From Macrostomum lignano (taxonomy: Eukaryota): a stretch of DNA of 64,000 nt. The position numbers and the translations under genes were made by a program. Numbering within the stretch: the first letter of the stretch is position 1; every line of letters starts with the position of its first letter. The notes beneath the pieces are model-generated. The model ran no database searches and was not told the origin of the DNA. It was given only the letters and a program-made list of their open reading frames with translations. The stretch covers positions 25,281-89,280 of the forward strand of contig NIVC01003590.1 in assembly GCA_002269645.1 (NCBI GenBank), in the 5' to 3' direction. This document shows, in pieces, positions 35,346 through 48,800 of the stretch.

Positions 35346-38300
35346 TCACAGGTGGGCGGCGGCAGGCGGCAGCGGCCAGCAGATTTTCTCGCCAACTTTG
35401 ATGGTGCGGAACTCCGCCACGTTCTGCCGCCTCTGCCTCGCCTCCTCCATGGCTTCGCGAAGGTCCTCTGGCGGCTGCAGCAGGCCCTGGGGGTGTGGGT
35501 TGGACACTTCCTATGGTGCAGTTATGGCAGAGCATCCTATACCCTAGTAACCCCGAACCCAAGCAACCCCACATCCTAGCAGACCCACACCCCGACAACC
35601 CCACACCCTAGCAACTCCACACACTAGCAACACCACACCCTAGCAACCCCACACCCTAGCAACCCAACACCCTGCAACCCCACACCCTGGCAACCCCACA
35701 CCCTAGCAACCCAACACCCTAGCAACCCAACACCCTGGCAACCCCACACCCTAGCAACCCCACACCCTAGCAATCCAACACCCTAGCAACCCAACACCCT
35801 AGCAACCCAACACCCTAGCAATCCAACACCCTAGCAACCCCACACCCTAGCAACCCCACACCCTAGCAATCCAACACCCTAGCAACCCAACACCCTAGCA
35901 ACCCCACACCCTAGCAACCCGACACTCTAGCAATCCAACACACTAACAAACCCACACCCTAGCAACCCCACACCCTAGCAACCCCACACCCTAGCAGCCC
36001 CACACCCTAGCAACCCCACACCCTAGCAACTCCACACCCTAGCAACCCCACACCCTAGCAACCCCACACCCTAGCAACCCCACACCCTAGCAACCCCACA
36101 CCCTAGCAGCCCCACACCCTAGCAACCCCACACCCTAGCAACTCCACACACTAGCAACACCACACCCTAGCAACCCCACACCCTAGCAACCCAACACCCT
36201 GCAACCCCACACCCTGGCAACCCCACACCCTAGCAACCCAACACCCTAGCAACCCAACACACTAACAAACCAACACCCTAGCAACTCCACACCCTAGCAA
36301 CTCGACACCCTAGCAACCCCACACCCTAGCAACCCCACACCCTAGCAACCCCACACCCTAGCAACCCCACACCCTAGCAACCCCACACCCTAGCAACCCT
36401 ACACCCTAGCAACCCCACACCCTAGCAACCCAACACCTCGACAACCCCACACCCTGTCAACCCCACACCCTAGCAACCCAACACCCTAGCAACCCAACAC
36501 ACTAACAAACCAACACCCTAGCAACCCCACACCCTGGCAACCCCACACCCTAGCAACCCCACACCCTAGCAACCCCACACCCTAGCAACCCCACACCCTA
36601 GCAGCCCCACACCCTAGCAACCCCACACCCTAGCAACTCCACACACTAGCAACACCACACCCTAGCAACCCCACACCCTAGCAACCCCACACCCTAGCTA
36701 CCCCACACCCTAGCAACCCCACACCCTAGCAGCCCCACACCCTAGCAACCCCACACCCTGCAACCCCACACCCTGGCAACCCCACACCCTAGCAACCCAA
36801 CACCCTAGCAACCCAACACACTAACAAACCAACACCCTAGCAACTCCACACCCTAGCAACTCCACACCCTAGCAACCGCACACCCTAGCAACCCCACACC
36901 CTAGCAACCCCACACACTAACAAACCAACACCCTAGCAACCCCACATCCTGGCAAACACACACTTTGGCAACCCCACACCCTAGCAGCTCACAAGTGCGC
37001 AATGCCGCTCACCTCTCGAGTTGTCATCCTGAAGGCGCCCCAGTGGATGCCCACAGACAGTTTGCTGCGGACCTCCTGGTGGATGATCACCGCCTCACTG
37101 GGACACGCGTGCTGCACTGAGAAAACTTCTCTGTAGAAAGAGATTAATGGCAGAAAAATGAGCTGTGTCAATGGAATTACAGCACACCGAGAGAACCCGG
37201 TTGTCACTCACCGGGGCTCATAGCAGCCAATTGGAATGGCGGACAGGCTGAAAGGCCCGAAATTCTGGCCTAAAAAGGTCAAATCGATCAGCTGCTCTGA
37301 TTCACTTTAATAACCATCTAAATTGCCTTCTATTCAGAATTGAATAAATATCAAATATGAAATCCGCTCAGTCCTTAGCAACCGCACGCACACAGGGAGT
37401 ACATCTGCCTGACATTCTCACCGTCAAGCTGCAGTGAGCACGTCAATCTGTGCACCAGGGGATCCAACTTCAAGAGCACAAATCGCACGAGTCGCAGGCC
37501 AACTTCCCTACACAAGCAACTCCACACACTGGCAACACCACACACTAGCAACCCCACACCCTAGCAACCCCACACACTAGCAACGCCACACCCTAGCAAC
37601 GCCACACCCTAGCAACGCCACACCCTAGCAACGCCACACCCTAGCAACCCCACACACTAGCAACCCCACTCCTAGAAACCCCACACACTAGCAACCCACA
37701 CCCTGGCAACCCCACACCCTGGCAACCCCACACCCTAGAAACTCCACACACTAGCAACCCCACACCCTAGAAACCCCACACACTAGAAACCCCACACCCT
37801 AAAAACCCCACACACTAGCAACGCCACACCCTAGCAACGCCACACCCTAGCAACCCCACACCTTAGCAACCCCACACATTAGAAACCCCACTCCTAGAAA
37901 CCCCACACCCTAGAAACCCCACACACTAGAAACCCCAACACCCTAGCAACCCCACACACTAGCAATCCCACACCCTAGAAACCCCACACACTAGCAATCC
38001 CACACACTAGCAACCCCACACACTAGCAACTCCACACACTAGCAACCCCACTCCTAGAAACCCCACACACTAGCAACCCCACACACTAGCAACCCCACAC
38101 ACTAGAAACCCCACACCCTAGAAACCCCACACCCTAGAAACCCCACACACTAGCAACGCCACACCCTAGCAACGCCACACCCTAGCAACCCCACACACTA
38201 GCAACTCCACACACTAGCAACCCCACTCCTAGAAACCCCACACACTAGCAACCACACACTCTAGCAACCCTACACCCTAGAAACCCCACACACTAGCAAC

Positions 38301-39563
38301 CCCACAACCTAGAACCCCACACACTAGAAACCCACACACTAAAAACCCCACACCCTAGAAACCCCACACCCTAGAAACCCCACACCTTAGATTGGCCTAG
38401 AAAACCCCACACCCGAGAAACCCCACACACTAGAAACCCCACACCCAAGAAACCCCACACCTTAGAAACCCCACACCCAAGAAACCCCACACCCTAGAAA
38501 CCCCACACCCTAAAAACCCCAAACCCTAGAAACCCCACACCCTAGAAACCCCACACCCTAGAAACCCCACACCCTAGAAAACCCACACACTAGAAACCCC
38601 ACACCCTAGAAACCCCACACACTGGAAACCCTACACCCTAGAAACCCCACACACTAGCAACCACACACAAAACCGGGCCAAATTGTGCTCAGGCCCCAGG
38701 TTAACGCGACTCAGGGCTCCGCAAGTCTCACCCCAGAGGCTTGAATTTCTTAGGCAATTTTTCTATAATTCTGACAGCAAAGTTCTCAGATCCAGCAGCT
38801 CACCGATGTCCTTGAAAATCCTGTCCTGATAGCCGGTGTCGCCAGCAAAGAACGCACTGTGCTGTCCGAACTGCAGCACGAAGCTGCCCCACAGACTGCA
38901 GTTTCTGTCCATGGCCCCGCGCCCACTCCAGTGACTGGCGGGCGTGAAAGTCACGCTGAGACCTTTGACAGTCTCCTCAGCTGCCTGCCACCACTTCAGT
39001 TCCTGGATATCTTTAAAGCCAAACTTTTGCATAATCATCCTGTCTCCAGCCGGCACAAAACATTGAATGTTTGGCATCTTTTTTGCCAGCTCCTTCAGGG
39101 TTTTCTCGTCCATGTGGTCCATGTGGTTGTGGCTGATGCACAGTGCGTGAATCTCGGGGAGGTCGCCCACCTGGCAGGCGGACGGGATGTGCCTGCTGGA
39201 CCCGGTGAACCTTGTTGGCCCAATGAAGTTGCTGAAGTTCGGATCGCACAGAACTCGCACTGTGCTGTTGTCCCCTGCAGGGCTGTCACCATAGAAGGTG
39301 AAGAGGCAGGAGGCGTGGCCCAGCCAGGTGAGCCACACTGTGTTCGGTTCGAAAGTGGGGAACTCGCACCCGTTTTTCACCTGATGCTCAGAGAATTCTG
39401 TGGGCGCTCCGTGTCTCTTGAATGGGTTGGAGGCTACAAATAAAGAGTAGCCAAGAACACTAGGCAGCTGGAAATCCCAGGGACAGCTGTAGGTCACACC
39501 ATTGCCAAACTTCCAAGGTGTCTCCTTTGCATGCAGCAGACCATCATTCTCTGCAGATGCCAT
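35346..39563 (-). CDS. NAPEPLD: NAPE-PLD-like metallo-beta-lactamase-fold hydrolase, 4 exons (39563-38804, 37269-37212, 37130-37013, 35486-35346)
   Basis: TWLGHAS, CDPNFS, ISHNHMDH (HxHxDH), PASHWSGR, FFAGDTGY, GPFSLSAIPIGCYEPR, IHWGAF, PPEDL; start codon uncertain (an acceptor-like CTGCAG lies just downstream of it). Confidence 0.88.
35550..36988. repeat. 16-bp minisatellite (CCCCACACCCTAGCAA), ~90 copies
   Basis: Last intron of the NAPE-PLD-like gene. Confidence 0.95.
37525..38668. repeat. 16-bp minisatellite of the same family (CCCCACAC(A/C)CTAG(C/A)AA)
   Basis: First intron of the NAPE-PLD-like gene. Confidence 0.95.
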
Positions 39564-40376
39564 TTCCAAAGCAGAAGTGCCAAGCAATAAAAATTATCAA
39601 ACAGTATATACTATAGATTCATGTTTGTGGCAAATTTTATTTTAAATTTTATTCACTAATTCCCTACAAAATAATATAATTCCTAAATATAGTCACAATT
39701 GTCCTTTAGATCATTTAATATTCTATATGGCAAATAATATTCCTATTCCCTATTGGAATAAATGTTAAAAACCCACGGATGCGCACTTTAGAAAAGAGTC
39801 AAACTATTTTACTGCGCTTTAAGATTATAAGAGATGTTCCAAAAGATCTGCAGTTTCATCAAAATCAAAATTCACAAACTTTCCAAAATCAAAATTGAAA
39901 TTTCCCAAAATCATAATTCAGAAAAACAAAGTTTAGTATGATCAACACTCACTTTTTTACTTTCAATTTACTGCTTAAGCAAAAAGTAATACATGTATAT
40001 GTAGTAGAAAGTAGTTGATTTTTAGCAACTTTTTAGACACTACCAAAATTTTCACTTCTAATTTTTTTTCAAAATTGAAATTTGCTCTAAAAAATTCAAA
40101 TTTTGGAAAATTGAAATTGAATTTTCGGAATATCTCTAAGCTTAATAAATTACAAGTGTATAAGCCCCTTCAACAGAGGTATTATACCCATTTCCATGTA
40201 TATGTATTTGCTAGAGCAGCAGCCAGTAAGAAAGGGCAGCGCGCGCACAGGGGCTGTGCCTGTGCACACGCTGCGCTTTAGAAAAATTTCAAAAGTGCGC
40301 CGGACACCATCCATGGTTTTACAACTTTTTCTTATAGGGTTCCCATTGACTCAAAGATTTTCCTATTTAGTCAACA

Positions 40377-40520
40377 GGGGCTTAGCCAGGGGGGACATTA
40401 GGGACATGTCCCCCCTAGAAGAATTTTTATTACCTTTGTATTTTGCTTTTATCCTTAACATTGGAGATTGTTTGAGGTCATTTGCCCCCCCCCTGACATG
40501 AATCCTAGCTACATGCCTAT
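40377..40520. mobile_element. Short MITE-like element with imperfect termini
   Basis: CAGGGGCTTAGCCAGGGGGGACA... and ...CCCCCCCTGACATGAATCCTAGCTACATGCCT. Confidence 0.3.
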
Positions 40521-42805
40521 TAGTCAATAAGTATATTTCATTTTGTCTAAAGTCTCCTGCCTTATCAATACTTTTACAAATAGGAAGTATCCCCTACAAT
40601 GTCAAGGAATCCCCAAAATATTCAAGAAATATATGCAATAGTTTATAAATCCTTTAAATAGTTGATAAAGTAAGATGCTTACAAGGTCTTTAACAGTTGC
40701 TACCTTAGCAAAATTGCCTCTGTAAGCCTTGACATCTAAGCAATTCCCCGAATAAGCCTTGCTATCTTAGTAATTCCCCCCTCAAAGCCATACTCTAGAT
40801 CATATAGTATATACCCAGAAAATTGGGCATGCATTGGCCTTGCACTCCAAAAGCAAAAAGGTCATTTATTGTTGCAATACTGGCATAGATTTGAGAGTAT
40901 GGGTATGCACCTAAATTTTTTATGGCGTACATTTGTAACCTTGCAATTTTTTGTTTGGGTATGCACCTAGTGTGATTTGGACTATGGCCTCAGAGTTGAT
41001 CTTTAGCAATTCTCCCAATAAGTCTTAACATCTTAGCAATCTCCTATGCAAGCTTGAATGATGCAAGTTTGAGAAAAATCAGTTGAATAAATTCTTTTAA
41101 AATGGATTACATACAGAGAAACTTTTGGGATTTAGTTATATTTATATTTATATAGATCGATTTTTTAGACTTTAATACTTAATAGCTACTAATAATATAT
41201 AGCAATAGGCCCTAGATATCTTAGATCATATTATATCATCTAAAACAAAAACCTCTCATACCAAAAACAGTTTTGATTGTATAGCCTGCACAACAAACAT
41301 AATTTATAATTTATTAGATTTTTATCGAGATTTTGACCATATCCCATTTAAAGATTTACAATATAGGCCTAGTCAATATTTTATCATTAATTAGGCCTAA
41401 TTTCATTTAGACTAAGAAATGATATTGATAGGCATCCAATTTCCAGTTAGGCTCATTATTAAAATTTGAGAGACATTCCAGTTCTTTTTACATTCGGAAA
41501 TAAAATACTCGATGATTAAATACTGATTATAATTTATAAATTAAATTATATAGGGGCCAATTTAGTTATTTCCACTTTCAGAGAAGAAACTCTACTACTA
41601 TCCAATAACTAAACTAAAATATTTTGCTTGAATTGGTAAAAAAACAATGCAGAATAAAGAATCGGTGAACACAAAGTAGGAATTTATTAAACGGAGAACT
41701 TCCTTTTTGCGAATGCAACTTTCTAACTTAGTTCCTTTTAACTAAATTATCTCAAGTTCGAAGAAAAAATTCTTTTAATTCTGCGCTGCTGACAGTATCA
41801 TGTTAACGTAAATTACGAAAAAAGTTTTACACAAAAAAGGGTTTTTGGTTAGGATTCTCGCTTTATTGAACAACTTGAATATAGACTTAAACTTAAAGAG
41901 AACAAAAACGATTGGTACATTTATTAATTTAAAGTGGGTTTTTTATTATTATTTGACTGCAATAATTACCAAGACCGATTTCAGACTCCACACTAGAATA
42001 TATATATATATTTATGCATTTATAATTATCAGGTATTGTAGCTCACAAAGAGACGTTGAAGATTAGCATAAAAGACTAGAATATATATGCTTAAATTTTT
42101 CGCCGGTGCATTACGATGCATTAGCCATCCTTCAGGCTAACAGTCTATTTAAAAAACGATCAGAATTCAGACATGATATTTCATATCCAACCTTTCGGAA
42201 TATTTGGTTATGCTCCGGAATATTCGGAGCGTTGGGGTCTGAGGACAAAGCTATATATGCTTTAATCCCTTACTGAGGTGTCTTATGGTCTCCTGGCCAG
42301 TGTACATGGCTGCTAAAAATAAACATAACGTAAGGAACGCGTGCAGAAATGACGCTAGAAAATAAAGAAGCGGAGGCATGAGTGAATTCAGATAGGTCAC
42401 CCCCGCGGAGTCTGGTAGGCAAGAATTTAAAACAAACTATTGCACAACAAAAACTAATAGCGTGCAAATTTAGTGTGCGTGTAGAAAAACGAAGAAATTA
42501 AGTGCATGATGCGGCTTGGTTGTGATCACGCATATATATATATATATATATATGCGTACATACATGTACGTGTCTACCAGGTTGTTTCGTGAACATTATT
42601 ATGGTTGTGGGGATTTTGTAGTCTTTTTGTGAGTACCTTAAAGCAGTTCTGCACGAGCGGAGGGTGCTGGGGAAAGAGATGGCGGAGGGAGCCGCACTGG
42701 AACAACGGCCGCGTCCCTCAGCTTGACACCTGAGCCAGCCCCGACAGGGGAGCCGTATAAATGATCTAAATTAAGTAGCGAGGCTCTACAGCGCTCAGAT
42801 TGAAT

Positions 42806-45800
42806 TCAGCCGCCAGAAAATTCTTTCAGCATAACATCGGCAGCCTTCTTAGCCACCGCCACCACCAGCTCGTGCGGTCCACAGTCGGGCACCGACGGCA
42901 GGACGCTGGCGTCGACAATTCGCAGTCCTTGAATGCCCGGTGGGCTGAAAAATCGGTGATAGGCTTCTATAATTAAACACCCAAGAATTTACACATGCGA
43001 AATTCGCTAAGAAAACGTATAGTCCCAGTCTTCAAGAGTCGTTTGCTAAAATCAAATTGGTGCGAAAATCTATTTTTAGTGACTAGAGTGAAACGTCTGT
43101 GGTTTGAAAAGCTGAGAAAATTAATGGCGTTTCATCCTTTTCTATTAGGGCAGTTGGGCCCTGCGATTCCCGGAGTTCAGCATTTTTCTGGTTGCATGAC
43201 GCTGGCCCTTCATTCTTCAATACACGTATCTCACACTTAGCCGCGCTCATGGCATGGACTACTCAAAGTAGATTAGTTCAATTTGAGTAGCCCTTGACTC
43301 ATGGATTAAAAAATCTTAGGACTGCAGATATCAGCATCCTCTATAAGTTTTGGCTTTGAGCGACACTCAGTGAGCTAAGCATTCTAGCGATTCTCCCCAT
43401 GAGTTTTTTATAGTTGACAGGTCCGATATTATATCGTTGAATGGGAATCCTAAACCTAACACTATTTGGCCTGACTTCAGCTCAAGCTTCAAATTCTCAC
43501 CACAAATTACTTTTTTACTCGCAACACAGGCTTCGAAACACTGACGACCTGACCAACAGAAAATACAATTTCTTTGAGCTTAGTAGCGAGCCGCGAGACT
43601 TGAGCTCTACAGCCTACAGGCTTCCACAACGAATTTCTCACAATCAGCTCCGGCGCCATGGAGCTGTAGAATCAGCGAGCCCGGGGAAAGAAGATCACCC
43701 CCTCCAATCAGACCGTCAAGCGGCTATCAACACCCTGAGCGCAGAATCACCCGCTCGCGTGCATGTACAGTCCTCGGCTGCATCGCCCCCAACAATGTGT
43801 CCAACAAAGTGAAGGGATCCATGGGCACTCGGGCCATCCGGGGTTGAGAATTCGGAGCGCTTCATCCGTGAATGCCCCGCCTTTACTCAAGACAGGCTCA
43901 CCTACCTCGGCCCAAACCCGGACCTCTCCGACGTTTTCAGGCCCGAGAATCTCTGCCAGCTCGTCCGCTACCTAAGGGCTACTGGGCGAGCGACAGTCCA
44001 CCTCCTGGACTCTCCCTGCACGACACCGCAAGCACCAGCTGCCCGTGGTTGCCAGGGGTTAGCGGAATGGGTGGGGACGCCTCCGCGCTGTATCCGCATG
44101 CCCGGAACCTCTGCAGTTGAGATAAGTACGTCAAGAGCTGAGAGACACGTCGCCCACCATTTGATGGCGAGCAACGTAGCGTTTGATTTGGAACCGGCGC
44201 AACTGACAATGTCATTCATTCGCCTTCAGCGTTGCTCATGGCTTCGGCTATGGTTACAAGTATAAGGATGGTAATCAACCGATATTTAGGGACTATCGTA
44301 GGGACTATTAGGAATAGGACTTAGGTTTAGGTTAGGGAATTAGCGAATTGCATTGTTATCAGAGCGTGGTGGAGTGTAGCAGTTGTGGAAAGCTGCACTC
44401 TCACAAAAAGCCACAAGCGCTCGAGGTCGGTCGCAGGGTTGTCAATCCACAAGAACTTTGAGTTCTTTGAGGCTTTAACTCTCAGCCTGTCGCAGGTAGT
44501 CCAGCTCATCCAGTGTTGGACAATTGAATTGAAGCGAGGAGAAGCTGCTCACCAAGTGCAGGCAAGCTCACAAACTCTCATTGATTGGCTCAGTTTCATC
44601 AGGGGCATCTGTGCTCATGGTGCTCGGAGTGGTAGAACGTGGCCAATAAAATTTTTCTCAAACTTGTTCATCGACAAACCACATTTTGGAAGTACAAAAG
44701 ATGATCATGGCGTGAACGACCGCAGTGAGCAGCTCACATTGCGGCACTCACCGAAACTTGCCATCCAGAACTCCGCCCTGCGCCTTCGGCTTCATCGGCA
44801 CCGAGGCTGCATAATGATAGCTGCTGACTGCCGACCACCTGATGGAGCAGTCCAGCTGCCTGTCGCTCAGTTGATCGCCGTCGCCGCCTCCGCCGCAAAT
44901 CGCCGACATCGGCAGGTGGACGCGAAGCCGCCAGTTCGCGAGGCCTGGCGCGGTCCGCAGCCACCCGGCCAGCCGCCTGACCGAATTCCGCAGCCGCGCC
45001 ACGTCCGTCGGGCGGCTCAGGTAGGCCGGGTCTGGCCGCCGTCCGGCCCGCGCAGCTCCGCGGCTGCCTGGCCGCGCCAGCGTTAGCACCATCAGGAAGC
45101 CGTCGCGGTCGCCGGCCGGCCGCAGGCTGCTGACGAATTGGCGCCACGCCGCCGGACGGAAATTCGACGACCGGCGAAGCACCGGATTGTCCAGCTGGCT
45201 GCTGGCCAGCACGTACACCAGGGTGTCCGGCGGCATCCGGCCAGTCAGGATGATGGCGCCCGAGGTGGAGAGAAGGCCTGCAAAAGCGTGGGGGAGCTGC
45301 AGCAGCAATGCGCTCTTTTGGACCGGCAGAGCATCGGGATCTGCAATTTAGGGCGCTTCATGTGCACCGTCACATCCGCTTTCCAGAGTCGTGGGACTTC
45401 TTCACCCCTCTCCATCCACCCTCTCTGTCGTGCCGTGTAGTTGGCAAAATTGCTAGATGTATTTCACTTAGCAAACAGCCTATTTAATGATAACATGAGC
45501 GGGGGTTGATAGATCAATAACGAAAGGGGTCACGTGATGACAAATACTACGTACATGAAATCTAAGGGGTAGAGCCAGACAGGCCAAAGAGAGCAAGAGA
45601 GAAAGTGTGCATGTTGCCGGTGCACGTACATGATGACTAGTTAGTTAGTCACTGCAGTGCCTAGAGCTCAGCGCTCCGGCACCACAGTCTCAAAACCCTC
45701 TCCCCATTCACCCTCTCTAGTCCCCCCCATTCACCCTCTCTAGTCCAATCTCCATTTACCCTCTCTAGTCCCCCTCCCCATCCACCCTCTCTAGTCCCCA

Positions 45801-48800
45801 TTCACCCTCTCAAGTCCCCCTCCCCATTCACCAACCTTCGCCGCTCCGCCAGAAGCGCCACAGCTCGCGGAGACTCAGGAGGCTCCGCAGGCCGAACCTG
45901 CCGGACTCGAAGCGATGCGAGGACACGAACACCGAGTAGATGGGGTGGTCCTGAAGGCCTCGGCCGGGCAGCCATAGGCCGGAGTTGGCCAGGATCTGCG
46001 GGGTGGCCAGAGCCCCGGCCGCCAGAGCCACCTCGCCGCCCTCAGGTTTCAGCAGAAACTCCCGACCGATTACCGACGACCCGCGCTTAACGGCCTTGAC
46101 GCCCAAGCTGCGATTGTCCCGCGAAAGCAGAACCTGCAGATGCAAGCTTGCGTTGTTATTGATTATTATTTGACTGCTCAACCCCCTGACTCAAACCCCC
46201 TGCCTCAAACCCCCTGCCTCAAACCCCCTGCCTCAAACCCCCTGCCTCAAACCCCCTGCCTCAAACCCCCTGCCTCAAACCCCCTGCCTCAAGCCCCCAA
46301 TTATCAGTGCAGCTAATCATCAGAGCCCTCAATTATCAGTGCAGCTAATTATCAGAGCCCTCAATTATCAGTGCAGCTAATTATCAGAGCCCTCAATTAT
46401 CAGTGCAGCTAATTATCAGAGCCCTCAATTATCAGCGCAGCTAATCATCAGAGCCTTCAATTATCAGTGCAGCTAATTATCAGAGCCCTCAATTATCAGT
46501 GCAGCTAATTATCAGAGCCCTCAACTATCAGTGCAGCTAATTATCAGTGAGTGCAGCTAATCATCAGAGCCCTCAACTATCAGTGCAGCTAATTATCAGT
46601 GAGTGCAGCTAATCATCAGAGCCCTCAACTATCAGTGCATCTAATCATCAGAGCCCTCAACCTTCTCTACTCGCAGGCCAGTCAGCAGCTGAAGTGAAGA
46701 GTCTCGGTGCCTGAAGGCCGCAGTCCCCTCGGACCTCAGCTGATCGCAGGGGGTCAACCTTAGTCCGTTCTTTGTTCTCACTGCAACAGAAACTGCTTCC
46801 ATGGTTGAATGGTTCTTCTTTTTACTTATTCGAGACAAATGCGTGCCAGCAGCAACTCACAAATCGGGGGGCTCAGTCTGAACGCGAATTTCGCAGCTGG
46901 CGCGGCCTCTGTCAGAAGTTGCGACAGCTGGTCCTGCGGACTCCTGCTGGACAGGCGGAGCCGGCCAAAGTGGCGGACCTCTTCTGCGGGGTTGAGTGGC
47001 AAGGCGGATGGGAGTCGGGTGTGGGGAATCGGATGGGAGTCAGGTGTGGGGAATCGGATGGGAGTCAGGTGTGGGGAATCGGATGGGAGTCGGGTGTGGG
47101 GAATCGGATGGGAGTCAGGTGTGGGGAATCGGATGGGAGTCGGATGTGGGGAATCGGATGGGAGTCAGGTGTGGGGAATTGGATGGGAGTCAGGTGTGGG
47201 GAATCGGATGGGAGTCGGATGTGGGGAATCTGATGGGAGTCAGGTGTGGGGAATCGGATGGGAGTCAGGTGTGGGGAATCGGATGGGAGTCAGGTGTGCG
47301 GAATCGGATGGGAGTCAGGTGTGGGGAATTGGATGGGAGTCGGATGTGGGGAATCTGATGGGAGTCAGGTGTGGGGAATCGGATGGGAGTCAGGTGTGGG
47401 GAATCGGATGGGAGTCAGGTGTGCGGAATCGGATGAGAGTCAGGTGTGGGGAATCGGATGGGAGTCAGGTGTGGGGAATCGGATGGGAGTCAGGTGTGCG
47501 GAATCGGATGGGAGTCAGGTGTGGGGAATCGGATTGGAATCAGGTGTGAAAGTGGCTGACCGTGCATGAGGCGCAGCAGGTGGCTGGCATTCCAGAACTC
47601 CGGGCCGTGAAGGGCCTGCCAGGCCCTCAGCCGGTCGCACTCGCCCGGCCCGCTCACCAGGAGGGCGTTCACGCGACTCGAACCACCGACGCCCAAGCCG
47701 GCGTGCAGTACGAACGACTTCAGGGGCAAAGCTCTTCTTCCACAACTGTTGCTTAAATGCATACTTAGAGCTAAATCCCAGAAACCATCTCTGATGGCGA
47801 CACCGAAGCAGATATGAACCCATCCCTGAAGCAGATGTGAAGCCATCCCTGAAACATATGTGAAGCCATCCCTGAAACATATGTGAAGCCATCCCTGAAA
47901 CATATGTGAAGCCATCCCTGAAACATATGTGAAGCCATCCCTGAAGCAGATCTGAAGTCATCCCTGAAGCAGATCTGAAGTCATCCCTGAAGCAGATCTG
48001 AAGCCACCCTTGAAGCAGAGCTGACGCCATCCCTGAAGAAGATCTGAAGCCATCCTGAGGCAATTGCTGAGGCCACTCACCTGATTCCGCATGGCCAGCC
48101 CCGCCCGTCTCTGCGGTGTCGATCTGAACTTCCAGACGCCGCCCCAGCCCGGCAGCAGCGCCAGAGGCCCCAGCGCGGGCCAACGGGCGAGCAGCCGTGC
48201 CAGCGGGCCGTCCGCCGCGTCGCCGGCTTCCAACAGGGCGACCGCCAGTGGCCGCGGCGACTCGGTGAGAAGTCGGCGAGCCAGGGCGCAGCCGGAGGCG
48301 CCCCCGCCAGCTTTGAAGGCAAAAGGAGCCGCATGAAAATTCCCCGATGGGACCGACGGAACTTCAAGTAAAATTTGGGACAGGACTGGTTGAGGTGTCG
48401 GACAGGACTGGTTGAGGTGTGGGACAGGACTGGTTGAAGTGTGGGACAGGACTGGTTGAGGTGTGGGAAAGGACTGGTTGAGGTGTGGGACAGGACTGGT
48501 TGAGGTGTGGGACAGGACTGGTTGAGGTGTGGGAAAGGACTGGTTGAGGTGTGGGACAGGACTGGTTGAGGTGTGGGACAGGACTGGTTGAGGTGTGGGA
48601 CAGGACTGGTTGAGGTGTGGGAAAGGACTGGTTGAGGTGTGGGACAGGACTGGTTGAGGTGTGGGACAGGACTGGTTGAGGTGTGGGACAGGACTGGTTG
48701 AGGTGTCAGACAGGACTGGTTGAGGTGTCAGACAGGACTGGTTGAGGTGTCGGACAGGACTGGTTGAGGTGTGGGACAGGACTGGTTGAAGTGTGGGACA

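Noticed and set aside
44325-44340. Telomeric repeat or chromosome-end signal
   Set aside because: Only three imperfect TTAGG(G) units; too short to call
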